This document shows, one piece after another, positions 9,863 through 17,666 of a DNA stretch of 32,000 nucleotides. Under the pieces are notes generated by a model that ran no database searches, was not told the DNA's origin, and saw only the letters and a list, made by a program, of their open reading frames with translations. Each line of letters begins with the position of its first letter. Position 1 is the first letter of the stretch. Both the position numbers and the translations under genes were made by a program. The stretch is from an uncultured Acidobacteriota bacterium. GTDB taxonomy: Bacteria; Acidobacteriota; Blastocatellia; Pyrinomonadales; Pyrinomonadaceae. The DNA lies in the NCBI GenBank assembly GCA_963789185.1, contig CAWBJU010000022.1:181853-213852 (forward strand), written 5' to 3'.

Positions 9863-10693
9863 CTACGCTCGTCGGATAAACTTCGCGGCGATCCAACCGA
9901 GCAGTATCAACGCGGATAGGATGACCCAGTTGTAGCGATCGCCGTAGGTTACGCCGGGATAGTGATGGCTGATCATGATGAACACCACCGGCACTGCCAT
10001 GAACGTGTTTTGCTTCGATCTCAGCTTGGCCTGCGCCGAGTGGCGCTCGTCAGGTTTGCGGCCCTCTTTGAGTGCGGCGATCATTCGTTTTTGCGCCGGC
10101 AGGATATGCATCCACACGTTCGCGGCCATGATGGTCCCAAATATTGCACCCATGTGAATGTAAGCCGCTCGCGCGCTGAAGATCTGAGTGAGAGCAAAAG
10201 ACATTGCAACGATGAGGACATAAGCCACGACCGCGAACACCTTTTCGTTGCGTCCCAACGGTGAAGCCATCATGACGTCGTAAATGAATCCACCGGCGAG
10301 AATCGCACCGATTCCCAACGCCACCGCAACGCCGATACTCAGTTCGCGCACGTCGGGATCGATCAACGCTCCGCCGCCGAGATAATAAATTAGCACCAGC
10401 AACGCAAAGCCGCTGATCCACGTTGTGAACGCCTCCCAGCGAAACCAGTGCAACGTGCGAGAAACTAGATCGGGGACTTTCTTTCGCTCGACGACGTAGA
10501 AACCGCCGCTATGGACCATCCACAGTTGCGGCGTGACGCCTGTGTTCAAAGCCGCTTTCTCTTCTTCGGTCAGCCTCGCGTCGAGCCACGTGAAGTAGTA
10601 GGTGGTCCCTACCCACATGATGCCGGCAAAGACGTGTACCCAACGAAATATTAGATTGAGCCATTCGCTGAGGGTCGGGTCGAGATTGATCAT
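9863..10693 (-). CDS. puuD: PuuD-like membrane urate hydroxylase domain protein (Urate_ox_N type), without a cytochrome c domain
   Basis: 276 aa and polytopic. The N-terminal motif WLNLIFRWVHVFAGIMWVGTTYYFTWLD is as I recall it for PuuD/Urate_ox_N. The protein contains no Cys, so it has no CxxCH heme site. It lies 6 nt downstream of the HIU hydrolase gene. Confidence 0.65.
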   Translation of the reverse strand: MINLDPTLSEWLNLIFRWVHVFAGIMWVGTTYYFTWLDARLTEEEKAALNTGVTPQLWMVHSGGFYVVERKKVPDLVSRTLHWFRWEAFTTWISGFALLVLIYYLGGGALIDPDVRELSIGVAVALGIGAILAGGFIYDVMMASPLGRNEKVFAVVAYVLIVAMSFALTQIFSARAAYIHMGAIFGTIMAANVWMHILPAQKRMIAALKEGRKPDERHSAQAKLRSKQNTFMAVPVVFIMISHHYPGVTYGDRYNWVILSALILLGWIAAKFIRRA

Positions 10694-10699
10694 CAGGCT

Positions 10700-11044
10700 T
10701 TAGCTGCCGCGATACGTCGAGTATCCGTACGGACTGATGAGCAGCGGCACGTGATAGTGCTGCGACGCGTCGTCGACGTTGAACACAACCGTTACCTGCG
10801 GATAGAAACATGAGACGCTGAGACCCGAGAAATAAGGCTCGGTATCGAAGACGAGGCGATATGTGCCGTCGGCGATAGGTCGGTCGACCAGGAAGAACGG
10901 TTTGACGCGACCGTCGTCATCGGTCCATGCGTGGCTCAACTCGGTCCAGCTCTCGTCAGTGTTCTGCGCTTCGAGGCTGACGGCGACACCGCTCGCCGGC
11001 GCTCCGCGCGACGTATCGAGAATATGGGTTGAGATCGTGCTCAT
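10700..11044 (-). CDS. uraH: 5-hydroxyisourate hydrolase (transthyretin-like)
   Basis: Track ORF is 10700..11305, but its first 87 aa overlap uraD in another frame. The real start is ATG 11044 (MSTISTHILDTSRGAPASG), giving 114 aa that end in the family signature YSTYRGS. Confidence 0.9.
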   Translation of the reverse strand: MSTISTHILDTSRGAPASGVAVSLEAQNTDESWTELSHAWTDDDGRVKPFFLVDRPIADGTYRLVFDTEPYFSGLSVSCFYPQVTVVFNVDDASQHYHVPLLISPYGYSTYRGS

Positions 11045-11052
11045 TGTGGTGC

Positions 11053-11571
11053 TCAGTGTACCAGCTTTTTGAGCCGTATTTCCGTTATCTTTGCTTGTTC
11101 CGCTGCGGCGATGCGAAGTTCGGCGTCGGGTTCGTTGCTGAGGCGCTCGCGTAGGAGTTCGAGCATTTCGGCCGCTGATTTTCCCGTGGCGCAAACGATG
11201 AATATGAAGCCAAATTTTTGTTCGTAGTCCTGGTTGAGTTGGGCCAGCGCGTCGAGTGTTTCCTTGGTAGCGACTTGCACTCCAGCCTGTTCCTGGCCGG
11301 ACCATTGTTTCGATTGAGACGAGACTCTGTCAGCAGCCTTTTTCTCTCCGAGCTTTTCTCCGATACGGGGGTGACTGTGAAACGCTTCGAGCCAATCGGA
11401 GGGTTCCAGCGACCACCACATCGCGTTACCTAAGCGCGTCAGTCCGTCGATGCCTGATGCGTACTGCCGGAGCTGCACCATCGCTTCAGCCCACCTCACT
11501 GATCCGCAGCATTTTAGAAACTCTTGCAGTGCTTCGTCCGGCGGCAGTGCTTCTAACGACTCGTAATTCAT
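11053..11571 (-). CDS. uraD: 2-oxo-4-hydroxy-4-carboxy-5-ureidoimidazoline (OHCU) decarboxylase
   Basis: 172 aa with the HPRIGE motif (AFHSHPRIGEKLG). It overlaps the allantoicase stop by 4 nt. Confidence 0.85.
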   Translation of the reverse strand: MNYESLEALPPDEALQEFLKCCGSVRWAEAMVQLRQYASGIDGLTRLGNAMWWSLEPSDWLEAFHSHPRIGEKLGEKKAADRVSSQSKQWSGQEQAGVQVATKETLDALAQLNQDYEQKFGFIFIVCATGKSAAEMLELLRERLSNEPDAELRIAAAEQAKITEIRLKKLVH

Positions 11572-12566
11572 GAGTCGACCAGTTTCCCGTAAACGCGCAA
11601 CCGGCTGACGCCGCCGTCCGGGTAAATGTTGAAGCGAATGTGCGACGCAGCGCTAGTCTCCAACAACTCGCGATCGAAATAGTGACGCGTATGCGCTTGT
11701 AACTTCGTGCGCGGCAGGAGACTGGTCCATGCCACGGAAAGATCTGAAAGGTCCGCACCGGCGTCTGTGGTGTGATAGGTTTCCAGTGAACAACTGTCGG
11801 GAAAGTTGCCTTTGAAATGTGATGTGTCTACCTCAATTGACTGAATCAATCCTGGCCGCGCGAGTTGAATGATCGACCAATCGTGGCCTGGGCCTCGGCG
11901 CCGTTTTGTTTCCCACCCGTCGCTCATGTTCGCGGCCCGGCCCGGCATGATCATGTTATGACGATGACCGAAGAACATATCGCTGCACGAGATAACCAGC
12001 GCGCCGTTCTCCGCTGCGGCGAGATCGATGCTGCCACCGGAACGTTTGAGCCGGTCCCAGTCGGGAGAGACGATGCCGTAAACACGCAGACGCGCGACGC
12101 CGCCGTCGGGATAGATCTTGAAACGCAGATGCGTGATTCGCTCGTCGTATTTGATCGGGAAGTGGTTTTGACTGTCGCCTGCGAGAGACATCTGCGGCAA
12201 CAGTGGAATCCATTGGACCGATTCGTCCGTCAACTCTTCGACCGTCGGTAAACCGTCGAATGTCGCGCCCTCGAGCGAACAATGTTCGGGATAGTTACCA
12301 CGGAAGTAACTCGTATCGACGGTGATCCCGCGAACGATCCCGGGCAGGCCAAGACGGATGATGCACCAGTCGAACCCCGGAGTGCGTCGCCTCCGGCTCT
12401 CCCACCCGTCCATCCATTTCCCGCGGTCGGTGTATTCGCCCTCGCGCCAAACGGGCGCGCTCGCCTTCAATAAATTCTCTTTCGGCGCAAAGAAATCGTC
12501 GTTGGCAAACAGCACCGCCCCACCGAGTTTCTCCGACGCAAGATCGATTAGTTCAGTGAACTCCAT
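11568..12566 (-). CDS. alc: Allantoicase
   Basis: Track ORF is 11568..12593. I prefer ATG 12566 (MEFTELIDLASE); the upstream extension is just a translated repeat array. There are two allantoicase repeats with DGWESRRRR and DGWETKRRR motifs. Confidence 0.9.
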   Translation of the reverse strand: MEFTELIDLASEKLGGAVLFANDDFFAPKENLLKASAPVWREGEYTDRGKWMDGWESRRRRTPGFDWCIIRLGLPGIVRGITVDTSYFRGNYPEHCSLEGATFDGLPTVEELTDESVQWIPLLPQMSLAGDSQNHFPIKYDERITHLRFKIYPDGGVARLRVYGIVSPDWDRLKRSGGSIDLAAAENGALVISCSDMFFGHRHNMIMPGRAANMSDGWETKRRRGPGHDWSIIQLARPGLIQSIEVDTSHFKGNFPDSCSLETYHTTDAGADLSDLSVAWTSLLPRTKLQAHTRHYFDRELLETSAASHIRFNIYPDGGVSRLRVYGKLVDS

Positions 12567-12569
12567 AAT

Positions 12570-12605
12570 CACAAAGAGGCACAAGAGGCACAAAAGGCAC
12601 GAAGA
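12570..12605. repeat. Array of four 9-nt units GCACAARAG; forms the left arm of a 31-bp inverted repeat
   Basis: Plus strand reads CACAAAGAG GCACAAGAG GCACAAAAG GCACGAAGA. Positions 12570-12600 match the reverse complement of 13029-13059 at 28 of 31 positions. Confidence 0.85.
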
Positions 12606-12617
12606 AAAAAGCCAGGT

Positions 12618-13007
12618 TCAGGTCAAGATGTACTTCTTGATTTCAAGCTTTGGACCGCCGAAATTGATTAGCAGTCCGTGTTGCATGCCCGTTGCCCTAA
12701 GATAACCTAGCAATTGTGCAGTGTGACCATCAACCAAGGCGCTACAACTCTTTATTTCGCAAATCAGGATTCGCTCTAGCAAGATATCGGTTCTGAATAG
12801 GCCAAGCAGCGTACCATCCTCGTCAAATACTCGAATGCATTCTTGCTGCTGCGCACGAATACCCTGTTTTCGAAGCCGATGTGCCAGCGCATTCTCATAA
12901 ATCTTTTCGGTAAAGCCGCTGCGCAAATACTTGTGAATTTCAAGACTCGTTCGTCTAACCAAATCAGAAAGCCTGAGGATCTCGCCGTCGTGAGGAACGG
13001 TTTTCAT
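12618..13007 (-). CDS. GxxExxY protein (PD-(D/E)XK nuclease superfamily, PDDEXK_3 / TIGR04256-like)
   Basis: 129 aa with the motif GFTEKIYENAL (G-x-x-E-x-x-Y) and a nuclease-like D...E-x-K (TDILLERILICEIKS). A good SD (AGGAGAGAG) precedes ATG 13007. GC is visibly lower: 26/60 over 12618-12677, against 35/60 in alc at 12481-12540. Confidence 0.85.
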   Translation of the reverse strand: MKTVPHDGEILRLSDLVRRTSLEIHKYLRSGFTEKIYENALAHRLRKQGIRAQQQECIRVFDEDGTLLGLFRTDILLERILICEIKSCSALVDGHTAQLLGYLRATGMQHGLLINFGGPKLEIKKYILT

Positions 13008-13028
13008 ATCTCTCTCCTATTCTGTAAT

Positions 13029-13061
13029 GTGCCTTTTGTGCTTCTTGTGCCTTTTTGCGGC
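13029..13061. repeat. Array of 9-nt units CTYTTGTGC; forms the right arm of the inverted repeat
   Basis: Plus strand reads GTGC CTTTTGTGC TTCTTGTGC CTTTTTGCGGC. It is the inverted counterpart of 12570-12600. Confidence 0.85.
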
Positions 13062-13069
13062 TAATTGTC

Positions 13070-14416
13070 TCACAAGAGCATAACCCCCATCGGTTGCAGT
13101 GCTAAGCCGCGATCATCGTAAATCTCTTTTCCGCGTAGAAAAGTTTTTCGCACGACACCGTTAAGCCGTTGACCATCGTATGGTGTGAGCTTGTGGCGGT
13201 GATGAAGGTCAGCGGCGTTGACCGTGAACTCTCGATACGGATCCCAGATAACGAAATCGGCATCGTGACCCGTGGCGATCACTCCCTTGCGTGACTCCAG
13301 GTTCACTTGGCGCGCCGGATTCGCACAAAGCCACTTCGCCAGATCGTGAAATGAGTATCCCCGCCGTTGAGCTTCGGTCCAAACGATCGGCAACCGCAGT
13401 TGGACCGACGAAATGCCACCCCAGGCAGCGAGAAAGTCGCCTGAGTCGCGCAACTTCATCGGCCCGGGACAGGGCGAGTGATCAGAGACGATCATGTCGA
13501 TCGTTCCGTTTGCCAAACCATCCCAGAGCCATTCACGATTCTCGCGCTCGCGAATTGGTGGACAACACTTAAACTCCGTCGCACCCGCGGGTATCTCGTC
13601 GGCTGCAAAGTAAAGATAGTGCGGACAAGTCTCGGCCGTGATCGCAACACCATCACTCCGCGCTTCACGCAATAACGGAACAGCGTCGGACGACGAAAGA
13701 TGCACGATGTGAACGCGCGTGCCAAACTCGCGGCTCAAACGAATCATCAATTTAACTGCTTCATTCTCAGCAGTTCGCGGCCGGGAATCGAGAAACGTCT
13801 GGTAATCACCACCCGACCCGCTTGGAGTAGCGCGATCGATTGGCCCAGGCAATTCAGCATGGACGATCAACAACGCATCGAGTCGCGCGAGCTCCGGCAT
13901 TGCTTCGCGCAGATCGGCCTCGGTTACGTGCTGAAACTCATCAACGCTGGACGGCACCAGAAAACATTTGAAACCAACCACGCCTGCTTCAAGCATCGGC
14001 GCAAGCTCAGCAGTGTTTCCGGGCACAACGCCACCCCAAAACCCAACGTCGATAAAGCATTTATCTCTCGCTTCATTGAGCTTGGTTCGGAACGCAGCGA
14101 GCGTCGTCGTCGCCGGAATCGAATTGAGCGGCATGTCGACGAGCGTTGTGGTCCCGCCAGCAGCGGCGGCCGCCGTTGCATGCTGAAAACCCTCCCAGTC
14201 CGTGCGGCCCGGCGCATTAACGTGCACGTGCGTATCAACCAGTCCAGGCATGATGACGGAATTCTCATCAGCCTCCACCAGCTCGCAGTCGCCGGCGATC
14301 TCTTCATAGTCACGCACAGATTCGATCACACCATCGCGCACATAGATCGATTGAGCGCCGATCGAATCCGGCAACACAACGTTGCGTCCGCGAATAATGA
14401 GATCCGGACTCGCCAT
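13070..14416 (-). CDS. allB: Allantoinase (cyclic amidohydrolase)
   Basis: Track ORF is 13070..14554. I prefer ATG 14416 (MASPDLIIRGRNVVLPD). Metal-site motifs are VDTHVHVNAPGRTDWEGF, GFKCFL, IVHAE, VHIVHLSS and VSDHSP. Confidence 0.9.
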   Translation of the reverse strand: MASPDLIIRGRNVVLPDSIGAQSIYVRDGVIESVRDYEEIAGDCELVEADENSVIMPGLVDTHVHVNAPGRTDWEGFQHATAAAAAGGTTTLVDMPLNSIPATTTLAAFRTKLNEARDKCFIDVGFWGGVVPGNTAELAPMLEAGVVGFKCFLVPSSVDEFQHVTEADLREAMPELARLDALLIVHAELPGPIDRATPSGSGGDYQTFLDSRPRTAENEAVKLMIRLSREFGTRVHIVHLSSSDAVPLLREARSDGVAITAETCPHYLYFAADEIPAGATEFKCCPPIRERENREWLWDGLANGTIDMIVSDHSPCPGPMKLRDSGDFLAAWGGISSVQLRLPIVWTEAQRRGYSFHDLAKWLCANPARQVNLESRKGVIATGHDADFVIWDPYREFTVNAADLHHRHKLTPYDGQRLNGVVRKTFLRGKEIYDDRGLALQPMGVMLL

Positions 14417-14421
14417 GGAGA

Positions 14422-15170
14422 TCAAGTAAAGACCGGCGGTGGTGGCGGCGTGCTGGGCGGTTGCGGACCCTGGCGCAACCCAAAGATCTGCTCGTAAGCG
14501 ACAGCCATGGCCGCATAGCTGATTGGCAAGACGAAGTACACCCCGATAATGCACATCAGTAGGCCCGCGAGGCTCAACAGAAAATTCAGGAAACCATTCC
14601 CAGCAGTCCCCAGAAGTTTGCGAACGCGCCTCTGAAACTCATCTTTATCGCGTCCAGTCCCTGCAGCCCGCGATCGACGATTAGCGGGTACACAAACATA
14701 AACCCGATCGAGAGGAACATGATCAACCCAATGATCGCTATCCAGAACACTGCATACACGAGAAAGACAAGCAGCATCGCTCCGCCATTTGGTTCCCCGT
14801 TTGACTGCGAGAGCATCGCGAAAAGAAAAAATACGTAGAACAGAACGTAAGCTCCGACCACGAGGCAAATAATCGGCACTACGTGGATCAGCGTTGCGAC
14901 GATGCTCTGGCCCAGGTATTCGAACCCCTTGAATAGTGTCCCGAATTCAATGGGCTCGCCCCGGCGCATCTTGAAGAACGTCAAAAACAGGCCACACATC
15001 ATCGGTCCCATCAATATTCCGAACGGAACAGCCGAGGCAATCATCCATCCGACGATGACCATGCCGAGGATCAACCAGTACTGGTTCTTGATCAGGTTCC
15101 ATCCTCCCTTAAGGCATTCGACAGGACTAACTGCGTTTCGATTGAACTCGACTGGAGGGACAGTTGACAT
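14422..15170 (-). pseudogene. The same membrane-protein gene read as one unit, needing a 1-nt frame correction near 14586-14600
   Basis: Downstream of the stop, the other frame (tail of track ORF 14422..14868) encodes a further TM helix and tail, FLNFLLSLAGLLMCIIGVYFVLPISYAAMAVAYEQIFGLRQGPQPP.... It stops 5 nt before the allB ATG. One extra T in GTTTCC would join the two frames (ATG GTT TTC CTG AAT TTT). Confidence 0.5.
14586..15170 (-). CDS. Polytopic membrane protein of unknown function (5' reading frame)
   Basis: 194-aa ORF with several TM helices (WLILGMVIVGWMIASAVPFGILMGPMMCGLFLTFF...). It ends abruptly at FANFWGLLGMVS*. Confidence 0.7.
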   Translation of the reverse strand: MSTVPPVEFNRNAVSPVECLKGGWNLIKNQYWLILGMVIVGWMIASAVPFGILMGPMMCGLFLTFFKMRRGEPIEFGTLFKGFEYLGQSIVATLIHVVPIICLVVGAYVLFYVFFLFAMLSQSNGEPNGGAMLLVFLVYAVFWIAIIGLIMFLSIGFMFVYPLIVDRGLQGLDAIKMSFRGAFANFWGLLGMVS

Positions 15171-15214
15171 TTAGTTTTTCCTTAACGGGTCAAATTGTTT
15201 TTGCGAACTTCAGA

Positions 15215-16792
15215 TTACGGGATCGGCCGCACGGGGGCGGCGATGGCTCTTGGTCCACGCAGGGGACCCATGGCTCCGCGGTCCACCTGAAAGAACATTG
15301 GCCCGCGCCGCGGCGATAGAACGCTCGAGTATGTTCCACCGTATGGCGAGCGAAAGTACGTCGAAAAGAAAGGCACGAATGTGTACTGGCCTGCTGCCTG
15401 AGGTTGATACCAAAAGCCGGTGCTTTTGAAGCGACGCCGGCGCAATTGGCCCAGGCGCGTGGCCATGACCGAACCGGTGAAGTGCTGACCTTCACCACGA
15501 TGCTGGCTCCAAACGTCGAAGTTGTCGGTGATCTTCCGGTCGCACTCAAACGTGTTTCCGCCGGTGATAATTCGACAGGAGCCGATCGATCGGTCCTGAA
15601 TCATGACCTTGCCTCTGCGAATTATGATCTCATCGGTACCTGGCTTGGCGTTGACGCGGTAGTTTCCTTCTTCTGCGACGACGGCGGAACTCGATGGTCC
15701 ACTGATCTTGATCTCGGGTAGCTCTTTTCGATCGAACCTCGCGACGTCGAGTATCGCGGAACCTCGCAACACTTTGAACGCAACCGACTCATTCGACAGT
15801 TGTTCGAGCAAGACCTCCGACTCGCCGTCAATTCGCAGGTAAAGATCCGGAAACATCGTCAACTCGGCGAAGCTGTGGCGACTGGTGCGCACTTTGTCGC
15901 CGGGTACGAGTATCGTCTTGTCCATCAACTCCTGCCACGGTTTATCTGTCGATGTGAATTCAACTCCCATTTCGACAAAATTCACTGCGCCCGGCCTAGC
16001 AGACACCACGTGAGGATTGCTGCCTCTCTGGTCGGAAGCGGGAAAGTCGACTATCGGTTCACGCCCTTCTTTCTTCTTGGCCCATGGAGAGTCTTTCTTC
16101 AGTGCATGATTTGCTTCGATCAGTTTGTCAGAACGTTCGCGGCCCCATTTATCAAACGCGTCTTCTACTTTAACGTCGGACTCACTGACAATGACGGAAC
16201 CTCCCGCGGCGACAGCGGAGCGTTTTTCCTTGACGCGACGCCCGTCGATCAATGCCTCGCCTCTGCGGACAATGAGTTCCGTTCGGCCGTCGGCGGTGTT
16301 GATGCGAAAGACTCCGGGTTGAGTGATGAATACTTCCGCGTTCGGGGTGATAACGCGGATAAGCTCGAAGCCCTGTTTGAGTGTTTCGAAGAAGTCTGAC
16401 GTGTCTTCCCAATCGTTTTTCAGCAGCTCGAAACTCAGCGTGCCTTTGTTCAGGACAAACTTCAAACGATCGTAACGATCGTCGACGAAGTGGCATTCAG
16501 TGTTTGCGTCGGCACGCAGGAGATTTCCTGGTTGCAGCAAGAGCTCGACGCGTGAGTTAGCGCCGGTGCGCAAGGTGTCCGCCTGCTTCAATTCGAGATC
16601 CGCTTCAATCGGAAACTTCGCGTTTTCACGCACGTAGACCACGTCGCCTTCCACCGCATTCGCGCGCAGACCATTGAGTACCGCCGGAATGTTTGGGATC
16701 GGCTCTTCCGGATCCTGGTCCTGCGCCGGAATGTGCACCACAAGAGCTGCTAAGGTCAGCATTAGCAACACTGTGCGACGATAGTTTGACAT
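15215..16792 (-). CDS. Secreted protein with two FecR-like domains and an Arg/Pro-rich tail
   Basis: 525 aa with the signal peptide MSNYRRTVLLMLTLAALVVHIPA|Q. There are two FecR-like beta segments (LKQADTLRTGANSRVELLLQPGNLLRADANTE and VPGDKVRTSRHSFAELTMFPDLYLRIDGESEV). The family call is by pattern only. Confidence 0.55.
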   Translation of the reverse strand: MSNYRRTVLLMLTLAALVVHIPAQDQDPEEPIPNIPAVLNGLRANAVEGDVVYVRENAKFPIEADLELKQADTLRTGANSRVELLLQPGNLLRADANTECHFVDDRYDRLKFVLNKGTLSFELLKNDWEDTSDFFETLKQGFELIRVITPNAEVFITQPGVFRINTADGRTELIVRRGEALIDGRRVKEKRSAVAAGGSVIVSESDVKVEDAFDKWGRERSDKLIEANHALKKDSPWAKKKEGREPIVDFPASDQRGSNPHVVSARPGAVNFVEMGVEFTSTDKPWQELMDKTILVPGDKVRTSRHSFAELTMFPDLYLRIDGESEVLLEQLSNESVAFKVLRGSAILDVARFDRKELPEIKISGPSSSAVVAEEGNYRVNAKPGTDEIIIRRGKVMIQDRSIGSCRIITGGNTFECDRKITDNFDVWSQHRGEGQHFTGSVMATRLGQLRRRRFKSTGFWYQPQAAGQYTFVPFFSTYFRSPYGGTYSSVLSPRRGPMFFQVDRGAMGPLRGPRAIAAPVRPIP

Positions 16793-16802
16793 GCTCGTTT
16801 GA

Positions 16803-17666
16803 TTACGATTTCAGCGTTGCCACAAAGTCGGCGAGTAAGTTCAACGCGACTTGCAGACGATAATTTGCAGTCGACCGAATGTCGTCAATGGGAGAGATCT
16901 CGCGTCGCAGCGTCGCCTGTGCCGATTTCACTGTTGCGGCGTCGGGCGACTGACCTTTCAACACGTTTTCTGTTTGCACGCAGCGGACGACGATCGGGGC
17001 TACGCTGCCGACAGCGATGCGCACGTCTTCGATCTGGCCGCTGTTCGTACGCGCTACAGCGGCAAAACAGACTTTCGAGATCGCCTGCGCTTTTCGCGTT
17101 CCAACTTTGCGATAGTAATGGGTCGCGCCGGTGGTGTTGCGCGGCAACCTGATTCTCGTCAGCAGTTCGTCAGGGCGAATCAGCATCTGCTTGTAGCCGG
17201 TGTGAAAACCCTGATACGGCAACCAGCGCGAGCCTTGCGTTGAGACTAACTCAACTTCGGCATCGTAGGCGAGCAACGCGGGTGGTGAATCCGCCGCGGG
17301 TGAAGCATTGACGATGTTGCCGCCGAGCGTGCCACGGTTCTGGATTGCGAGACCGCCGGTTTCCCCCGCCGCCTGACAGAGCATCGGAAACTCGGTGCGC
17401 AAAACTGGATGCGTTTGAACGTCGGTGTATGTTGATAGCGCGCCGAGTGTAACGTGATCGTCGTTTACTTCGATTCCGCGAAGTTCAGCCAGTTGCCAGA
17501 TATTGACGTAGTTGCGATGGTCCAACCTGCCGGCTTCGAGCAGGACCATCAGATCGGTGCCGCCGGCAAACGGCTTCCAAACTCCCGGTTCGTTCGCGAG
17601 CAGGGAAAGGACATCCGCGAGCGAAGGCGGTGTAGTGAGTTGGTAGCTTGGAATGTAGGCTCTCAT
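16803..17666 (-). CDS. Xanthine dehydrogenase family FAD-binding subunit (CoxM-like)
   Basis: 287 aa with the FAD-binding motif FAGGTDLMVLLEAG. ATGA overlap with the upstream Fe-S subunit gene (17663-17666). Confidence 0.85.
   Translation of the reverse strand: MRAYIPSYQLTTPPSLADVLSLLANEPGVWKPFAGGTDLMVLLEAGRLDHRNYVNIWQLAELRGIEVNDDHVTLGALSTYTDVQTHPVLRTEFPMLCQAAGETGGLAIQNRGTLGGNIVNASPAADSPPALLAYDAEVELVSTQGSRWLPYQGFHTGYKQMLIRPDELLTRIRLPRNTTGATHYYRKVGTRKAQAISKVCFAAVARTNSGQIEDVRIAVGSVAPIVVRCVQTENVLKGQSPDAATVKSAQATLRREISPIDDIRSTANYRLQVALNLLADFVATLKS

Larger units (their letters stand above)
12566..13065 (-). mobile_element. Candidate inserted cassette: inverted repeat, GxxExxY gene, inverted repeat, with TAAT on both outer sides
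   Basis: Evidence is the inverted repeats, the low GC, and TAAT at 12566-12569 and 13062-13065. Removing the cassette leaves a compact allB-alc junction (TGAGACAATTATGG) like the other junctions of this operon. No transposase is present, so any mobility would be non-autonomous or ancient. Confidence 0.35.

Noticed and set aside
11045-11305. N-terminal 87-aa extension of the HIU hydrolase ORF
   Set aside because: It overlaps uraD in another frame and is Arg-rich junk. The conserved HIUase N-terminus starts at ATG 11044.
12570-12605. Possible mini-CRISPR: tandem short repeats
   Set aside because: The units are only 9 nt and directly abutting with no spacers, and no cas genes are present. This is a tandem-repeat array, not a CRISPR array.
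13700-14497. 265-aa ORF antisense to allantoinase
   Set aside because: The Arg/Ser-rich shadow frame is typical of the opposite strand of a GC-rich gene. The sense frame carries unmistakable allantoinase motifs. The same reasoning applies to 8725..9276, 15800..16399, 19260..19703 and 11865..12251.
14417-14554. N-terminal 46-aa extension of the allantoinase ORF
   Set aside because: It overlaps the coding-like tail of the upstream membrane protein. The conserved N-terminus MASPDLIIRG starts at 14416.
14586-14600. Programmed -1 ribosomal frameshift in the membrane-protein gene
   Set aside because: There is no X-XXY-YYZ slippery heptamer and no obvious downstream stimulatory structure at the shift point (CUGGGAAUGGUUUCCUGA). 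An indel in the T-run is the simpler explanation.
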